In this document: positions 48,946-58,353 of the stretch, piece by piece
Layout of the letters: every line of letters starts with the position of its first letter
Position numbering within the stretch: position 1 is the stretch's first letter
Assembly (NCBI GenBank): GCA_964497245.1
Contig: CAZCCC010000001.1
Coordinates: forward strand, 10,297 to 74,296
Length of the DNA: 64,000 nucleotides
Direction: 5' to 3'
Source: an uncultured Gammaproteobacteria bacterium
GTDB taxonomy: Bacteria > Patescibacteriota > Patescibacteriia > Buchananbacterales > UBA6539
Made by a program: the position numbers and the translations under genes
The notes under the pieces: generated by a model
Database searches by the model: none
Seen by the model: only the letters and a program-made list of their open reading frames with translations
What the model was told of the DNA's origin: nothing

Positions 48946-49460
48946 AAAATAACTATTTAAAATTAATTAAATTACTACTGATAGTTTTTTCAATTTTTTT
49001 ATTTTTGTTTTTAATTAATAAAAATTTCCCCAGGTCAGGACAGATAACTGTTGAAATGAAATTGGGCAAAGATTTGCCGGCAATTACCAAGCTTGGACCT
49101 GAGCCGAGAGTAATTTTGCAAAATGGATTCCAATCGGTTCTGGAAGGCCCGGTTTATTTTGATTTAAGGTCAATGCCATGGTTTAAAGAAGCTATTGTCA
49201 TTATAGTTTTTTTGGAAGAAGAAATGGAACTCGAGGGAATTGCCGGTCAGTCAGGGCCCGGCTGGCAGTATGATATAAAAGAACCTTTTCTGGTTAATGA
49301 TTTGGAGCAAGGCCTAAAAATTGCATTATTCAACTTTGACTTAGACGAATTATATCAGCAAAAAAATATCAGGCGATTTTTGATTTCCCTTAAGCCTTCG
49401 GGGCAACGGGAGCGTCCGGAACTTAAAATTTATTCACTTAAAATAATTCTAAACCAATAA
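48942..49460 (+). CDS. Hypothetical protein with N-terminal membrane anchor
   Basis: ATGA-coupled ORF with a single hydrophobic N-terminal helix. Confidence 0.7.
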   Translation: MKNNYLKLIKLLLIVFSIFLFLFLINKNFPRSGQITVEMKLGKDLPAITKLGPEPRVILQNGFQSVLEGPVYFDLRSMPWFKEAIVIIVFLEEEMELEGIAGQSGPGWQYDIKEPFLVNDLEQGLKIALFNFDLDELYQQKNIRRFLISLKPSGQRERPELKIYSLKIILNQ

Positions 49461-49462
49461 TA

Positions 49463-49657
49463 ATGAAAATATTTTCTAAAAATAAAGATATTTTTTTGAA
49501 GACGGTTGAAGCTGTTTTTCAAGTTTCTTTTGTTTCTTTTTTGGCTTTATTTGCAATTGACTATATTTTTCCCGGTTTTGTTTCTAATTGGTTTAATTCA
49601 GTTTGGCTATTGATTTTAAGTTTTTTTTGTATTATAATTATCATCGCAAAAGATTAA
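49463..49657 (+). CDS. Small hypothetical membrane protein
   Basis: 64 aa, two TMs, tightly packed in the operon. Confidence 0.65.
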   Translation: MKIFSKNKDIFLKTVEAVFQVSFVSFLALFAIDYIFPGFVSNWFNSVWLLILSFFCIIIIIAKD

Positions 49658-49658
49658 T

Positions 49659-50114
49659 ATGATTAAAGGGATAAAAATAATAAAACTTGAAAAATTTAAT
49701 GATCAGCGCGGCTGGTTGTCTGAGTTTTTTAGAAATGATGAAATTATAGATTATGCACCGGCAATGGGATATGTTTCCCAGACTTTACCGGGAGTTTCCA
49801 GAGGACCACATGAACATTCAAGCCAATCCGATTTTTTCGTTTTTATTGTGGGTAAATTCAGGCTTTATCTTTGGGACAACAGACAGGGAGCAAAAAAATA
49901 CCGAATACTTGAAACTTTTGAAGTGGGAGGAGAAAATCCCTGTTCAGTGTTGGTTCCGCCAGGTGTCGTCCATGCTTATAGATGTATTTCAAAAGAACCA
50001 GGTTTGGTAATCAATTTGCCGGATTCTCTGTATAAAGGAAAAGGCAAACTGGAAGAAATAGATGAAATCAGATGGGAGGACGGTAGAAATTCGCCTTTTA
50101 AAATTAATGATTGA
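49659..50114 (+). CDS. rmlC: dTDP-4-dehydrorhamnose 3,5-epimerase family cupin
   Basis: DQRGWLSE, RGPHEH, VPPGVVHAY. Confidence 0.85.
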   Translation: MIKGIKIIKLEKFNDQRGWLSEFFRNDEIIDYAPAMGYVSQTLPGVSRGPHEHSSQSDFFVFIVGKFRLYLWDNRQGAKKYRILETFEVGGENPCSVLVPPGVVHAYRCISKEPGLVINLPDSLYKGKGKLEEIDEIRWEDGRNSPFKIND

Positions 50115-50530
50115 AAAATATGCCAGACTGCATTTTTTGTAAAATTATTAAAGGCAAAATTTCATGTTCTAAAATTTACGAAGATGAAAAGATTTTGGCT
50201 TTTTTGGATATAAGTCCGATTAACCCCGGCCATACTTTGGTTATTCCAAAAAATCACTCGCAAAATTTAGTCCAGACAAGCGATGAAGATTTATCAGCTG
50301 CCATTATGGTGATGAAAAAAATTGTGCCGGCGATTTTAAAAGCCGTTGGTGCTGAAGCATTTAATGTCATAACCAATAATGGTGAAATTTCCGGACAGAC
50401 TGTTGGCCATACTCATTTTCATATTATGCCTCGTTTTAAAGGAGATGGCTATAAACTTTGGGTTGGCAAGACTTATCAGGAAGGGGAGATGGAAAGAATC
50501 GCATCAAGAATTCAAAAAGAATTGCAATAA
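50111..50530 (+). CDS. HIT family hydrolase
   Basis: CIFCKI, GHTLVIPK, GQTVGHTHFHI; the start may be ATG 50120. Confidence 0.93.
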   Translation: MKNMPDCIFCKIIKGKISCSKIYEDEKILAFLDISPINPGHTLVIPKNHSQNLVQTSDEDLSAAIMVMKKIVPAILKAVGAEAFNVITNNGEISGQTVGHTHFHIMPRFKGDGYKLWVGKTYQEGEMERIASRIQKELQ

Positions 50531-50578
50531 TATGTTAAAATCATAAATTAAGTTTTTTAGTTATAATTATTAAATTAA

Positions 50579-51589
50579 ATGAGTAAATTATTAGTGACAG
50601 GCGGAGCGGGATTTATCGGATCCAACTTCATTCATTACTGGCTTAAAAACCATCCAAAAGACAAGATTGTTAATTTAGATAAGCTAACATACGCCGGAAA
50701 CTTAGAGAATTTAGAGGCTACAAAAAAGAATCCAAAGTATCAGTTTGTTTTGGCCGATATTTGTGATTCAAAAATTGTTTCTGATTTAGTCAAAGATTGT
50801 GATCTGATTGTTCATTTTGCCGCCGAAAGCCATGTTGACCGTTCAATAATTAATGCTGGCGAATTTGTTAAAACCAATGTTTTGGGCACCCAGATCCTGC
50901 TTCAGGCGGCAAAAGATTATAATAAGCGTTTTCACCATATTTCAACTGATGAAGTCTTTGGCACATTAAATTTGGGGTCAAAGGAGAAATTTAATGAAAA
51001 TACGCCTTATGATCCGCACAGTCCATATTCGGCCAGTAAAGCAGCTTCCGATCATTTAGTCAGAGCGTATTTTCATACCCACAATTTAGCAGTTACAATT
51101 TCTAATTGTTCAAATAATTTTGGTCCATATCAGTTTCCGGAAAAATTTTTGCCTTTGGCAATTACTAATCTGCTTGAAGGAAAAAAAGTTCCGGTTTATG
51201 GTGACGGCCTTTATGTGCGCGATTGGCTTTATGTTCAAGATCACTGCCGGGCGATTGATTTAATTTTGGAAAAAGGTAAAATCGGGGAAACTTATTGTAT
51301 CGGGGGAATTATTGACGACGTAAGTAATTTAGATATTATTAGAAGAATTTTAAATATTTTAGGTAAGGATGAATCAATGATTGAATATGTTAAAGATCGG
51401 CCCGGCCATGACCGGCGATATGCCGTTGATTGGTCAAAAGCCAATCAAGAAATTGGTTTTACTCCCGAGCATGATTTTGATGCCTACCTTAAAGAAACCA
51501 TTGATTGGTATAGTAAAAATGCCAAGTGGTGGCAAAAGATAAAATCAGGGGAGTATCGGAACTATTATGAAAGGCAGTACCGGCCATGA
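50579..51589 (+). CDS. rmlB: dTDP-glucose 4,6-dehydratase
   Basis: TGGAGFIG, AAESHVDRS, STDEV, YSASKA, DRPGHDRRY. Confidence 0.96.
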   Translation: MSKLLVTGGAGFIGSNFIHYWLKNHPKDKIVNLDKLTYAGNLENLEATKKNPKYQFVLADICDSKIVSDLVKDCDLIVHFAAESHVDRSIINAGEFVKTNVLGTQILLQAAKDYNKRFHHISTDEVFGTLNLGSKEKFNENTPYDPHSPYSASKAASDHLVRAYFHTHNLAVTISNCSNNFGPYQFPEKFLPLAITNLLEGKKVPVYGDGLYVRDWLYVQDHCRAIDLILEKGKIGETYCIGGIIDDVSNLDIIRRILNILGKDESMIEYVKDRPGHDRRYAVDWSKANQEIGFTPEHDFDAYLKETIDWYSKNAKWWQKIKSGEYRNYYERQYRP

Positions 51590-52275
51590 CAGAAAATGAA
51601 ATTTTAAAAAGAATTTATCCATCGGTTGTCACTTTTATCGGCAATTGGCGGAAAATGACCAAGGAAGTTTTTAATCTCGGGTTGACTGACATTTCTTTAT
51701 TTTTAACTTGTGCCGGCTATATGGAAAGACAAGAAATTTATAGAGAATTAGAAAAGACAAAAGTTAAAAATATTCCCCATGTCCATATTCGTCACGACAT
51801 GAGAGAAAGCGAATTGGATTATTTGTCATCGCGTTTTTGTGCCAAATCTTTTACCGTTCATTATCAGTATTTTTTTAAATTTTTTAAAAAATCAAGGTAT
51901 AGCAAGAAAATGTTTATTGAGAATAATAATGGACAGTCAAGAATTAAAGAATTGAGACTCGTTAAAGAAAGCGGAGGAATCTGTATTGACTTGTCGCACC
52001 TGAAACATTTTGAGAATTTTTATCCTGATTACTTTCTTTTAACTAAAAAAGCCGCTGACAACTACCGTATCGGTTGTAATCATTTAAGTGCAATTTTAGC
52101 AAATGGAAAAAGCTGGCACAAAGTGAAAAAGTTTTCTGATTTGGATTATTTAAAAACTATACCCAAGAAGTATTTTTCAGAATATATCTGTCTGGAAATG
52201 GCAAATCCAGTCAAGGAACAGCTGAAGTTTAAAAAGTATATTGCAAAAATTCTAGCTGAAAGCTGGAAAGGTTAA
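51586..52275 (+). CDS. Hypothetical protein, possible xylose-isomerase/AP-endonuclease-like TIM barrel
   Basis: IEN, CIDLSH, NHLS, CLE spacing resembles the metal ligands of that fold. Confidence 0.55.
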   Translation: MTENEILKRIYPSVVTFIGNWRKMTKEVFNLGLTDISLFLTCAGYMERQEIYRELEKTKVKNIPHVHIRHDMRESELDYLSSRFCAKSFTVHYQYFFKFFKKSRYSKKMFIENNNGQSRIKELRLVKESGGICIDLSHLKHFENFYPDYFLLTKKAADNYRIGCNHLSAILANGKSWHKVKKFSDLDYLKTIPKKYFSEYICLEMANPVKEQLKFKKYIAKILAESWKG

Positions 52276-52287
52276 TTTAATTTTTTT

Positions 52288-53127
52288 ATGAGGCAAAAAA
52301 TTTTAATTTTAGGAGCAAAAGGAATGCTTGGTCATGAATTGGCTGAAGTTTTTTCTGAACAAAACCCGATTCTTTGGGATAGGGAAGATTTAGATATAGT
52401 TGGAAAAAAAGATGTTGAAAATAAATTATTAGAAGTCAAACCGACATTGATTATTAACGCAGCAGCTTATACCAACGTTGATGGCGCTGAAACCAATGGT
52501 GACTTGGCAGTAAAAATAAACGGCTATGCTGTTGGTCATCTGGCTGAAGTGGCAAAAAATCTTGGCGCAATTTTAGTGCATTATAGTACTGATTATGTTT
52601 TTGATGGTAAAAAGAAAGATGGCTACATGGAATCAGATCAGCCAAATCCAATTAATGTTTATGGCCAGTCAAAATTTTTGGGTGAAAAGTTGCTTTTAGA
52701 AAAAGGGGATATGTATTATCTGATTAGATCTTCTTGGATTTATGGCAAAAACGGCAAAAATTTTGTTGACACGATTTTAAACAAAGCTTTAACTGAAGAA
52801 TTTTTGTCTGTTGTCAATGATCAATTTGGTAAACCGACTTATGCCAAGGACTTGGCATATGCAACCAAGCAGTTAATTGACCAAATGAAGCCATGTGGCA
52901 TTTATCATCTTGTAAATGAAACAGATACCGGCGGAGTAAGCTGGCTTGATTTTGCCGATCTTGCCATATCAATTAAAGGTTTAGATGCAGAAGTTAGACC
53001 ATGTGCGACAAAAGATTTTCCAAGTCCGACTAAAAGGCCTAAATATGGGGTATTAATTAATACTAAATTTCAGAGATTAAGGAATTGGCAGGAGTCTTTG
53101 ACTGACTATTTAGAAAATAAAAATTAA
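52288..53127 (+). CDS. rmlD: dTDP-4-dehydrorhamnose reductase
   Basis: GAKGMLG, AAAYT-VD, STDYVFDG, YGQSK, DQFG-PT. Confidence 0.95.
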   Translation: MRQKILILGAKGMLGHELAEVFSEQNPILWDREDLDIVGKKDVENKLLEVKPTLIINAAAYTNVDGAETNGDLAVKINGYAVGHLAEVAKNLGAILVHYSTDYVFDGKKKDGYMESDQPNPINVYGQSKFLGEKLLLEKGDMYYLIRSSWIYGKNGKNFVDTILNKALTEEFLSVVNDQFGKPTYAKDLAYATKQLIDQMKPCGIYHLVNETDTGGVSWLDFADLAISIKGLDAEVRPCATKDFPSPTKRPKYGVLINTKFQRLRNWQESLTDYLENKN

Positions 53128-53160
53128 AATTATAGAATATTTTAAATAATAACAATTGTT

Positions 53161-54234
53161 ATGCAAAAAATTTTAGAAAATATTGTTTGGCTAAATAGTA
53201 AAAGTTTGGCTGGTAATACCTTACAGGATTATCTTAATTCATTTTTTATTTTTTTACTGTTGGTTTTTATTCTAAAAATTTTTCAGCATGTTATTTTAGT
53301 CAAGTTAAAAGAAATAGCGGCTGGAACTAAAACTGATTTTGATGAAACCTTGATCAGAATTTTTTCAGAGATAAAACCGCCTTTTTATTTTTTTATAGCT
53401 TTTTATTTTGGTTTGAGCTTTTTGAATTTGTCTGAAATATTGTCCAAAACGATTAGGATCATTTTTTTAGCGTTAATTGTTTTTGAGATTATTAGGGCCA
53501 TGGATAAGTTGATTGATTTTTTCGCTTTTAAGTATTTAAAAAAAATTGATGAGGAAAATACTCAGCAGGAGAAAGAATATATAACCAGGCCGATAAAGAT
53601 AATTTTAAAAATTATCTTATGGCTTTTGGGTATTACTTTAGTTTTGGCTAATTTAGGAATTAATGTGACTTCTATAGTTGCGAGTTTGGGAATTGGCGGT
53701 GTGGCCATAGCCTTGGCGGTACAAAATATTTTGGGAGATATTTTTTCTTCTTTCTCTATTTATATAGACAAGCCTTTTAAAGTTGGTGACTTTATTCAAA
53801 TTGGTCAAGATGCCGGAATTGTTGAAAAAATAGGGCTTAAAACCACCAGAATAAGAACATTGCATGGAGAGGAGCTTGTGATATCTAATCATGAATTAAC
53901 CTCTGCTCGAGTACAAAATTTTAAGAAAATGGAAAACCGCAGAGTTTCCTTTACTATTGATTTGGTTTATGGTACAGACTTGAAACAATTAGATAAAGTT
54001 CCGGAAATAATCAAACAAATAATTGATACGGAAGAAATGGCCGAATTTAGCAGATGCCATTTTAAAGAATACGGCAAATCAGCGTTGATTTTTGAAGTGG
54101 TATATTTTGTTAATTCTCCTGATTATTTAGTTTATATGGACACAAGGCAGAGAATAAATTTGGCAATATATCGCGATTTCCAAATGGAAAAAATTAATTT
54201 CGCTTATCCAAAGACAATATTTGTCAAAAAATAA
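53161..54234 (+). CDS. mscS: Small-conductance mechanosensitive channel
   Basis: ASLGIGGVAIALAVQ, KPFKVGD, IGLKTTRIR. Confidence 0.92.
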   Translation: MQKILENIVWLNSKSLAGNTLQDYLNSFFIFLLLVFILKIFQHVILVKLKEIAAGTKTDFDETLIRIFSEIKPPFYFFIAFYFGLSFLNLSEILSKTIRIIFLALIVFEIIRAMDKLIDFFAFKYLKKIDEENTQQEKEYITRPIKIILKIILWLLGITLVLANLGINVTSIVASLGIGGVAIALAVQNILGDIFSSFSIYIDKPFKVGDFIQIGQDAGIVEKIGLKTTRIRTLHGEELVISNHELTSARVQNFKKMENRRVSFTIDLVYGTDLKQLDKVPEIIKQIIDTEEMAEFSRCHFKEYGKSALIFEVVYFVNSPDYLVYMDTRQRINLAIYRDFQMEKINFAYPKTIFVKK

Positions 54235-54260
54235 TTTTTTGCGTTTATTAAAAAGATATA

Positions 54261-55958
54261 ATGAAAAAATATAATCCGAAAAAAATAAGAATAGTATTTT
54301 TTATTTTTATTATTATTTTAGCGGTTTTTTTACGTTTTTGGGGGATACCCGGAAGCGATTTACAGCATGATACGGCAATTAATTCAGTCAGGGCTTATGG
54401 CTGGTTTGATTATCTTACAGGACAAGGGCAAACTTCCCCTGTTGTTTGGTTTTCAGAAATTCCTTGGTGGGCTAATTTATCTTTTCATGATCATCCACCA
54501 TTAACTTTTTTCATTCAAAATATTTTTTTCAAAGTAGTCGGAGCCTCTACGTTTTCAGCGCTGCTACCTTTTATTTTGGCGGGCATTGGTGTAGTTTTTC
54601 TGATCTATTTTTTTCTGAAGAATATAGAATTAAAAAAGGAGGCATTGTTAGCTTCTTTTTTATTTGCAATTTCTGCTCATTCAGTTTGGGTTTCCCGATC
54701 TGGTTATTTAGAAGGAATAGAGATATTTTTTATATTTTTAGGCTTTATTTGCTTTATTTATTTTTTATATTTTGATAAAAAAAGATATTTATTTTTTTGG
54801 GCAGCCAGTTTTTCACTGGCTATTTTAAGTAAGTATACGGCTGTTTTTATGTTTCCGGCGGCGATTTTGTATCTTTTGATTTGGCGGCGTGATGTTTTTA
54901 AAATGAAGGAATTTTGGTTGTCTTTAGTTTTTATTTTTTTGATTTTATCTCCTTTGATTTTTTATAACTTAATGGTTTTTCAAACTCGTGGTCATTTTGA
55001 TGCCGCTTTATCTTCAATGCTTGCTATGCATCCTGCAGATTTTGAGGTTATTTCTCAGCGCGGAACAAATACAGATTTTTTATCAAACATATCTTCAACC
55101 TTTAAATCAATCGGAGGAGTAAGCTCAACGCCGTTTTTTATTTTAAATATTTTATCTTTATTTTATTTACTTGCTAAAGTTATTCGAAAAAAAGGAAATC
55201 TTTTAATAAATTTTTTATTCATTAATATTTTAATGATAGTATTAATGTTTTGTTTTGGCAGCGGAGCGGTTCGTTTTTTGTCAATAATTTTTCCATTTTT
55301 AAGTATTAGCTTAAGTTTGATGATTTGTGAATTATGGCAGCAAATTAAAATTTACGGTCGTTTTTATCTCAAAATATTATCAGTATTTTTAATTTTTTTA
55401 TTCTGCTTTGAAGTATTTTATTCAGTTAATACTAATATATTAAAAAAGCCTATTGGGAAAAAAGGTTTTTTTTATTCTTCTGGTCGTTTTTACCAGTCTG
55501 GTTTTAATGAGCTTGAACAATATTTAAAAGATAATGTTTTTAAAAATATTACTGAAAAGAGAAAAATTAAAAATTTTTCTCAAATAAGCAGTTATTATAT
55601 AAAAGGAAAAGAAGTCGTTTTATTTGACGAAAGGATTGATTGGTTTTCTCGGATGTGGCATATTGACAGATATATCATTTATTATAATGCCCCTGTTTTT
55701 TATTTTACTGATCTTGATATTATTTTTTCAAGTAGTAATATTGAGAAAAATTTTATTGATTATCTAAGACAAGATCTTGAAGTAGCTGGATTTTGGTTTG
55801 TTGTTGGAGCTAATGAAGGAGTAAACAGGAAGAATCAATATTATAATGAATTGGTTGAATCTTTAGAAGATCAACTTATTTTAGCTGGCATTAATCCTGA
55901 ATCTGAAATAAAAAATTATTTAGGAAATGTGGTTTTTAGGGTTTACCGTTTTCAATAG
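54261..55958 (+). CDS. GT-C (GT39/ArnT-like) membrane glycosyltransferase
   Basis: FLRFW, HDHPPL, LSKYT, multiple TMs. Confidence 0.8.
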   Translation: MKKYNPKKIRIVFFIFIIILAVFLRFWGIPGSDLQHDTAINSVRAYGWFDYLTGQGQTSPVVWFSEIPWWANLSFHDHPPLTFFIQNIFFKVVGASTFSALLPFILAGIGVVFLIYFFLKNIELKKEALLASFLFAISAHSVWVSRSGYLEGIEIFFIFLGFICFIYFLYFDKKRYLFFWAASFSLAILSKYTAVFMFPAAILYLLIWRRDVFKMKEFWLSLVFIFLILSPLIFYNLMVFQTRGHFDAALSSMLAMHPADFEVISQRGTNTDFLSNISSTFKSIGGVSSTPFFILNILSLFYLLAKVIRKKGNLLINFLFINILMIVLMFCFGSGAVRFLSIIFPFLSISLSLMICELWQQIKIYGRFYLKILSVFLIFLFCFEVFYSVNTNILKKPIGKKGFFYSSGRFYQSGFNELEQYLKDNVFKNITEKRKIKNFSQISSYYIKGKEVVLFDERIDWFSRMWHIDRYIIYYNAPVFYFTDLDIIFSSSNIEKNFIDYLRQDLEVAGFWFVVGANEGVNRKNQYYNELVESLEDQLILAGINPESEIKNYLGNVVFRVYRFQ

Positions 55959-55960
55959 TT

Positions 55961-55989
55961 TTGACAAAACATTTTAAAAAAAGTATCCT
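55961..55989 (+). promoter_or_regulatory. Sigma70 promoter candidate for rmlA
   Basis: TTGACA-17 bp-TATCCT. Confidence 0.5.
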
Positions 55990-56038
55990 GAAGTATGTCA
56001 GAATTATGCTTTAGGAACTAAATATTATGTTTATTTTT

Positions 56039-56767
56039 ATGAAAGGAATAATTTTAGCAGGCGGAACCGGTTCGCGTCTTAGTCCGCTTACAAAAATAAC
56101 AAATAAGCATCTGCTACCGGTATATGATAAACCGATGATTTATTACCCGATTCAAACATTAGTTTCGGCGGGTATTAAAGATATTATGATAGTTTCAGGA
56201 AAAGGTCATGCCGGCCAATTTTTGGAATTACTTAAATCAGGCAAAGAATTTGGCGCTAATTTTTCATATGCTATTCAGGAAGAAGCCGGTGGGATAGCTC
56301 AAGCATTAAGTTTGTGTGAAGATTTTTCCGACCATGAAAAAATAGCTGTCATGCTTGGGGATAATATTTTAGAAGATAATATAGTAAATGCAGCCATTGA
56401 TTTTCATAATCAAAAAATGGGAGCAAAGATATTTTTAAAAGAAGTTAAGAATCCCTGCTCTTTTGGTGTAGCTGAAGTGGAAGGAAAAAAAATTATCAGC
56501 ATTGAAGAAAAGCCGAAAAGTCCGAAAAGCAATTTGGCAGTAATTGGGGTTTATATGTATGACAGTCAAGTTTGGAATGTGATTAAAACTCTGAAGCCTT
56601 CGGGCAGGGGAGAATTAGAAATAACCGATGTTAATAATTTTTATGCTGGGAAAGGGGAAATGACTTTTGAAATTTTAGCTGGCTGGTGGGGAGACGGAGG
56701 AGAGTCTTTTGACAGTTTATTGGAAGCGGCTAATTTAGTGGCAAAAAAACTAAGCAAGCAAAAGTAG
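56039..56767 (+). CDS. rmlA: Glucose-1-phosphate thymidylyltransferase (short RmlA/SpsI type)
   Basis: GIILAGGTGSRL-P, KHLLPVYDKPMI, LGDN, EEKP, RGELEITD; ATG 56039 preferred over 56027. Confidence 0.92.
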   Translation: MKGIILAGGTGSRLSPLTKITNKHLLPVYDKPMIYYPIQTLVSAGIKDIMIVSGKGHAGQFLELLKSGKEFGANFSYAIQEEAGGIAQALSLCEDFSDHEKIAVMLGDNILEDNIVNAAIDFHNQKMGAKIFLKEVKNPCSFGVAEVEGKKIISIEEKPKSPKSNLAVIGVYMYDSQVWNVIKTLKPSGRGELEITDVNNFYAGKGEMTFEILAGWWGDGGESFDSLLEAANLVAKKLSKQK

Positions 56768-56842
56768 TAATTTATCAGCGCTGTAAAAAAGCTCTCAATA
56801 TGTCATAAATTCATTTAAGACTATATATATTATTTTGACAAA

Positions 56843-56870
56843 AATTACCTCCTTGTTATGGGAGGTAATT
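56843..56870. terminator. Bidirectional intrinsic terminator
   Basis: Perfect 10-bp stem aattacctcc/ggaggtaatt between convergent genes. Confidence 0.75.
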
Positions 56871-56894
56871 AATTTTTTATAAAATGGCGATAAT

Positions 56895-58265
56895 CTATTG
56901 GATTTCTAGCCTGTATATTCCTTGCTGGGTTCCGGCCTGCCCCTTGAAGTAAATGTTTTTACCTTGGTTATCGATGATAATTCCTAAAACGCTTTGCAGT
57001 TCAGCAATCTGAATGTCGTTTTTATACTCTTGTCCATCAGCTTCAATTGCTTTTATTTTGTTTTCTGTTTGGTATATTAGGTAATTATTTTCCGGATGCC
57101 ATGCAGCTTGAATGATTGTCCCGCTGTATCGGGTTACTAAATCTTTATGTGCGGTTTCAAAATTAAAAATTGATATTTCAAAATCAGTGTTGTATAAGAT
57201 TTTTTTTGCATCATCAGACCAAACAAATTTTTTTGCTCTGTCTTGGAGAATTATGCTCCTTTCTATATTTTCTTCACTAAAAGAATTGTCTTTTAAAATA
57301 AAGAAGTCATTGTTGTTTTGATCAATTAAAATAAGGTAATCACGGCTTTCCGGATAAAGTCCGAATTCTGTTGATGGAAGTTTTATTTTCTGAATTTTTT
57401 CCGGATTTTTTTCATTTATTGCAACCCTGCTGACAAATGATTCCTCATTTATTATTTCCATAAGAAGCAGAATATTATTATTTACCTGAAAATCTTGAAT
57501 CCGTCCGGATATTATTGGTTTTACTGAATTGGAAATCATATCTATCTGGTATAAAACAGCTTCTCTAAGTCCATAAAGATAATTTTCATCTCTGTTGTCC
57601 CACTTCAATTCGTTGAAATTTAGCCTGGTTATGTCAAATAATTCTCTGGTTTTTAGAGTTTCAACGTCAACGATTATAAATTTATTAAATTCACTTATTT
57701 TTTGATTTATTATTGCCTTATTTTGTTTTGGAGACCATTGAATGAAATCAATTTGACTGTAGGAATTAGGGCTGAATTTTTCTATAAGTAAATCTAATTG
57801 ATTTTTTAGGTTAAAAATTCTAAGTTCTTCACCGCTTTCGGAAATGATGGAATAAATCATTTTTGTTTTGTCCGGAGAAACTGTAAAAATATTTATTTCT
57901 CCGCTGATTATATTCATTGGCAGTGATTTTTTAAATAAGATAGTATCTTTGCTGAAAGTTGTTAAATTGCTTTTTATTTCAAGATCTTTCTCCCATGTAT
58001 GATAGCCCTCTTTTTCCACTTTTATCCTGTAAGTGTCCGGTAACATATATCTGAATCTGGCAGGGGTTTTATCTCTGTATTTGCCGTCAATATATATTAA
58101 AGATTGACGAGGCCTTGAATCAACATAAAGAATACCGGTTTTTTCAATTTTATTTTTTTTAAAATTATAGCGGTAGCCGGATGCATACATAATCAAGATC
58201 GGAGCAATAATAAAAAAAGCGGCAATGAATATTGAGTATGTAATTCGGCGAAAATACATTTTCAT
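56895..58265 (-). CDS. PEGA domain membrane-anchored protein with probable beta-propeller
   Basis: TM + YASGYR, TGILYVDSRP, KTP, KVEKEGY; SPD/WSP/WSD repeats. Confidence 0.82.
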   Translation of the reverse strand: MKMYFRRITYSIFIAAFFIIAPILIMYASGYRYNFKKNKIEKTGILYVDSRPRQSLIYIDGKYRDKTPARFRYMLPDTYRIKVEKEGYHTWEKDLEIKSNLTTFSKDTILFKKSLPMNIISGEINIFTVSPDKTKMIYSIISESGEELRIFNLKNQLDLLIEKFSPNSYSQIDFIQWSPKQNKAIINQKISEFNKFIIVDVETLKTRELFDITRLNFNELKWDNRDENYLYGLREAVLYQIDMISNSVKPIISGRIQDFQVNNNILLLMEIINEESFVSRVAINEKNPEKIQKIKLPSTEFGLYPESRDYLILIDQNNNDFFILKDNSFSEENIERSIILQDRAKKFVWSDDAKKILYNTDFEISIFNFETAHKDLVTRYSGTIIQAAWHPENNYLIYQTENKIKAIEADGQEYKNDIQIAELQSVLGIIIDNQGKNIYFKGQAGTQQGIYRLEIQ

Positions 58266-58353
58266 AATGCTTGTGGAAATTTTTTTAAAATGTTAAACTT
58301 ACATAAAAGAACTAGTTTAATTTTACCAAAAATTTAATTTTTTTGCTAATTTT

